Positions 63,045 through 64,000 of a DNA stretch of 64,000 nt are shown here, piece by piece. The DNA lies in contig JARDVH010000025.1 of the NCBI GenBank assembly GCA_030324005.1, forward strand, positions 83,545,693 to 83,609,692, read 5' to 3'. The notes under the pieces are model-generated. The model made no database searches. It saw only the letters and a program-made list of their open reading frames with translations, and had not been told where the DNA came from. The translations under genes were made by a program, and so were the position numbers. The DNA comes from Negaprion brevirostris (taxonomy: Eukaryota). Every line of letters begins with the position of its first letter. The stretch's first letter is position 1.

Positions 63045-64000
63045 ATCACGTATGCCACAAGTAATTTCATGTATGAACAAATGTCTGCGCTGTTGGCCTT
63101 TGACTGCGACAGACAAAGTTAATTGAGTAACTTTGCTATGCTGCAAAATAACTGCAAACTGTCCACTTTCATCCATTTATTCAGCTGTATGTGCATTCTC
63201 AAATGAACTGCATTTGTAAAAATGTGACTTTTGTAGCCAAGCACGTTCATCATTGGTGATTATATTAACCCCTGTTTGGCATCAAGAATGACATTTAATT
63301 TAGATTTTCTTAAAATATTTAGGAAAGAAGCATGTAATTATTGGTGTATTGTCTCAAAGTGGTTTTCATACCAATGTATTTTCAGTAATGAAAGCTTAAG
63401 AAAATTAACTATATAGTAGAAAATGTTCTAAAATGTCAGATTTTGTTTTGGGTATCAGTAGTTGTATCCCAAGAAGGCCCATTATTTTGCAGAGCACTTT
63501 TAATCCTGCTATGTTTCAGAATTCAGTAAGAGAAGTTATTTGATGCGGCAAAATTGGTAAAAATCATGGGACAGTTTGGGGGAAAATGACTTTAAGAAGG
63601 GGAAACTGCAAACAATACTTGTCCTGCAGCCCAATCAGTCATTCCTTTTATCTGTGCTTCAATTTTAAACAGAAAGCATTCATGTGTTCTGCCTCTCCCA
63701 CAGGAAGTTCCCAGCTGGTCACTGTAACAGCTGTTCTTGCAGTAAGCAAGCAAAGCTCAGTACATCATTTTAGAATTTGAATGTAAGTGTCAGTATATGC
63801 TCAGTGCGAACAGCTGTTACAGTCACCTAATGGAAACTTTTCACTCCGGTGGGCTGAAAGACACCTAGTCCTGATTTTAAAAATAATGAATACTGAAACT
63901 GGTGGGAAAAAATTGTTCCACAGGGTTAAAATTGCAGCTCTGTAGTGTACAGTGTTGCTTTTTCTTTGCTTATTTTGAATTAGTGAATGATGCAGCACAA

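Noticed and set aside
1-64000. CRISPR array, prokaryotic operon or endogenous virus
   Set aside because: No regularly spaced repeats, no dense long ORFs and no viral hallmark proteins; all long coding-like remnants are retroelement-derived.

Overview
Eukaryotic, AT-rich, repeat-dense genomic DNA from a draft assembly with many N-gaps. The repeat set (HE1-type V-SINEs, HER1/CR1 LINEs, SacSINE1-like DeuSINEs) points to a cartilaginous fish, probably a shark (inference from recalled consensus sequences; no search was run). The window is mostly large introns of one + strand protein-coding gene that I cannot name. Three exons are supportable: 693-755 (or 693-750), 42424-42493 and a terminal exon 58893-59172 ending ...CTELCC*. 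The rest is layered transposon debris: CR1, L2, Rex1/Babar and Tx1-like LINEs, a near-full-length single-ORF LINE with a tRNA-like head, a fossil Gypsy LTR element, Harbinger-type MITEs, SINEs, and three families of short Penelope-like (PLE) insertions with 11-13 bp target-site duplications (TSDs) and hammerhead ribozyme cores. The most notable items are an apparently intact minimal type I hammerhead (60406-60442) 1.2 kb downstream of the host stop codon, and a PLE insertion that carries a 122-bp copy of nearby DNA inside its TSD (62757-63064). No CRISPR array, rRNA gene or true tRNA gene was seen. Most ORFs in the supplied track are gap-spanning artefacts or TE fragments.
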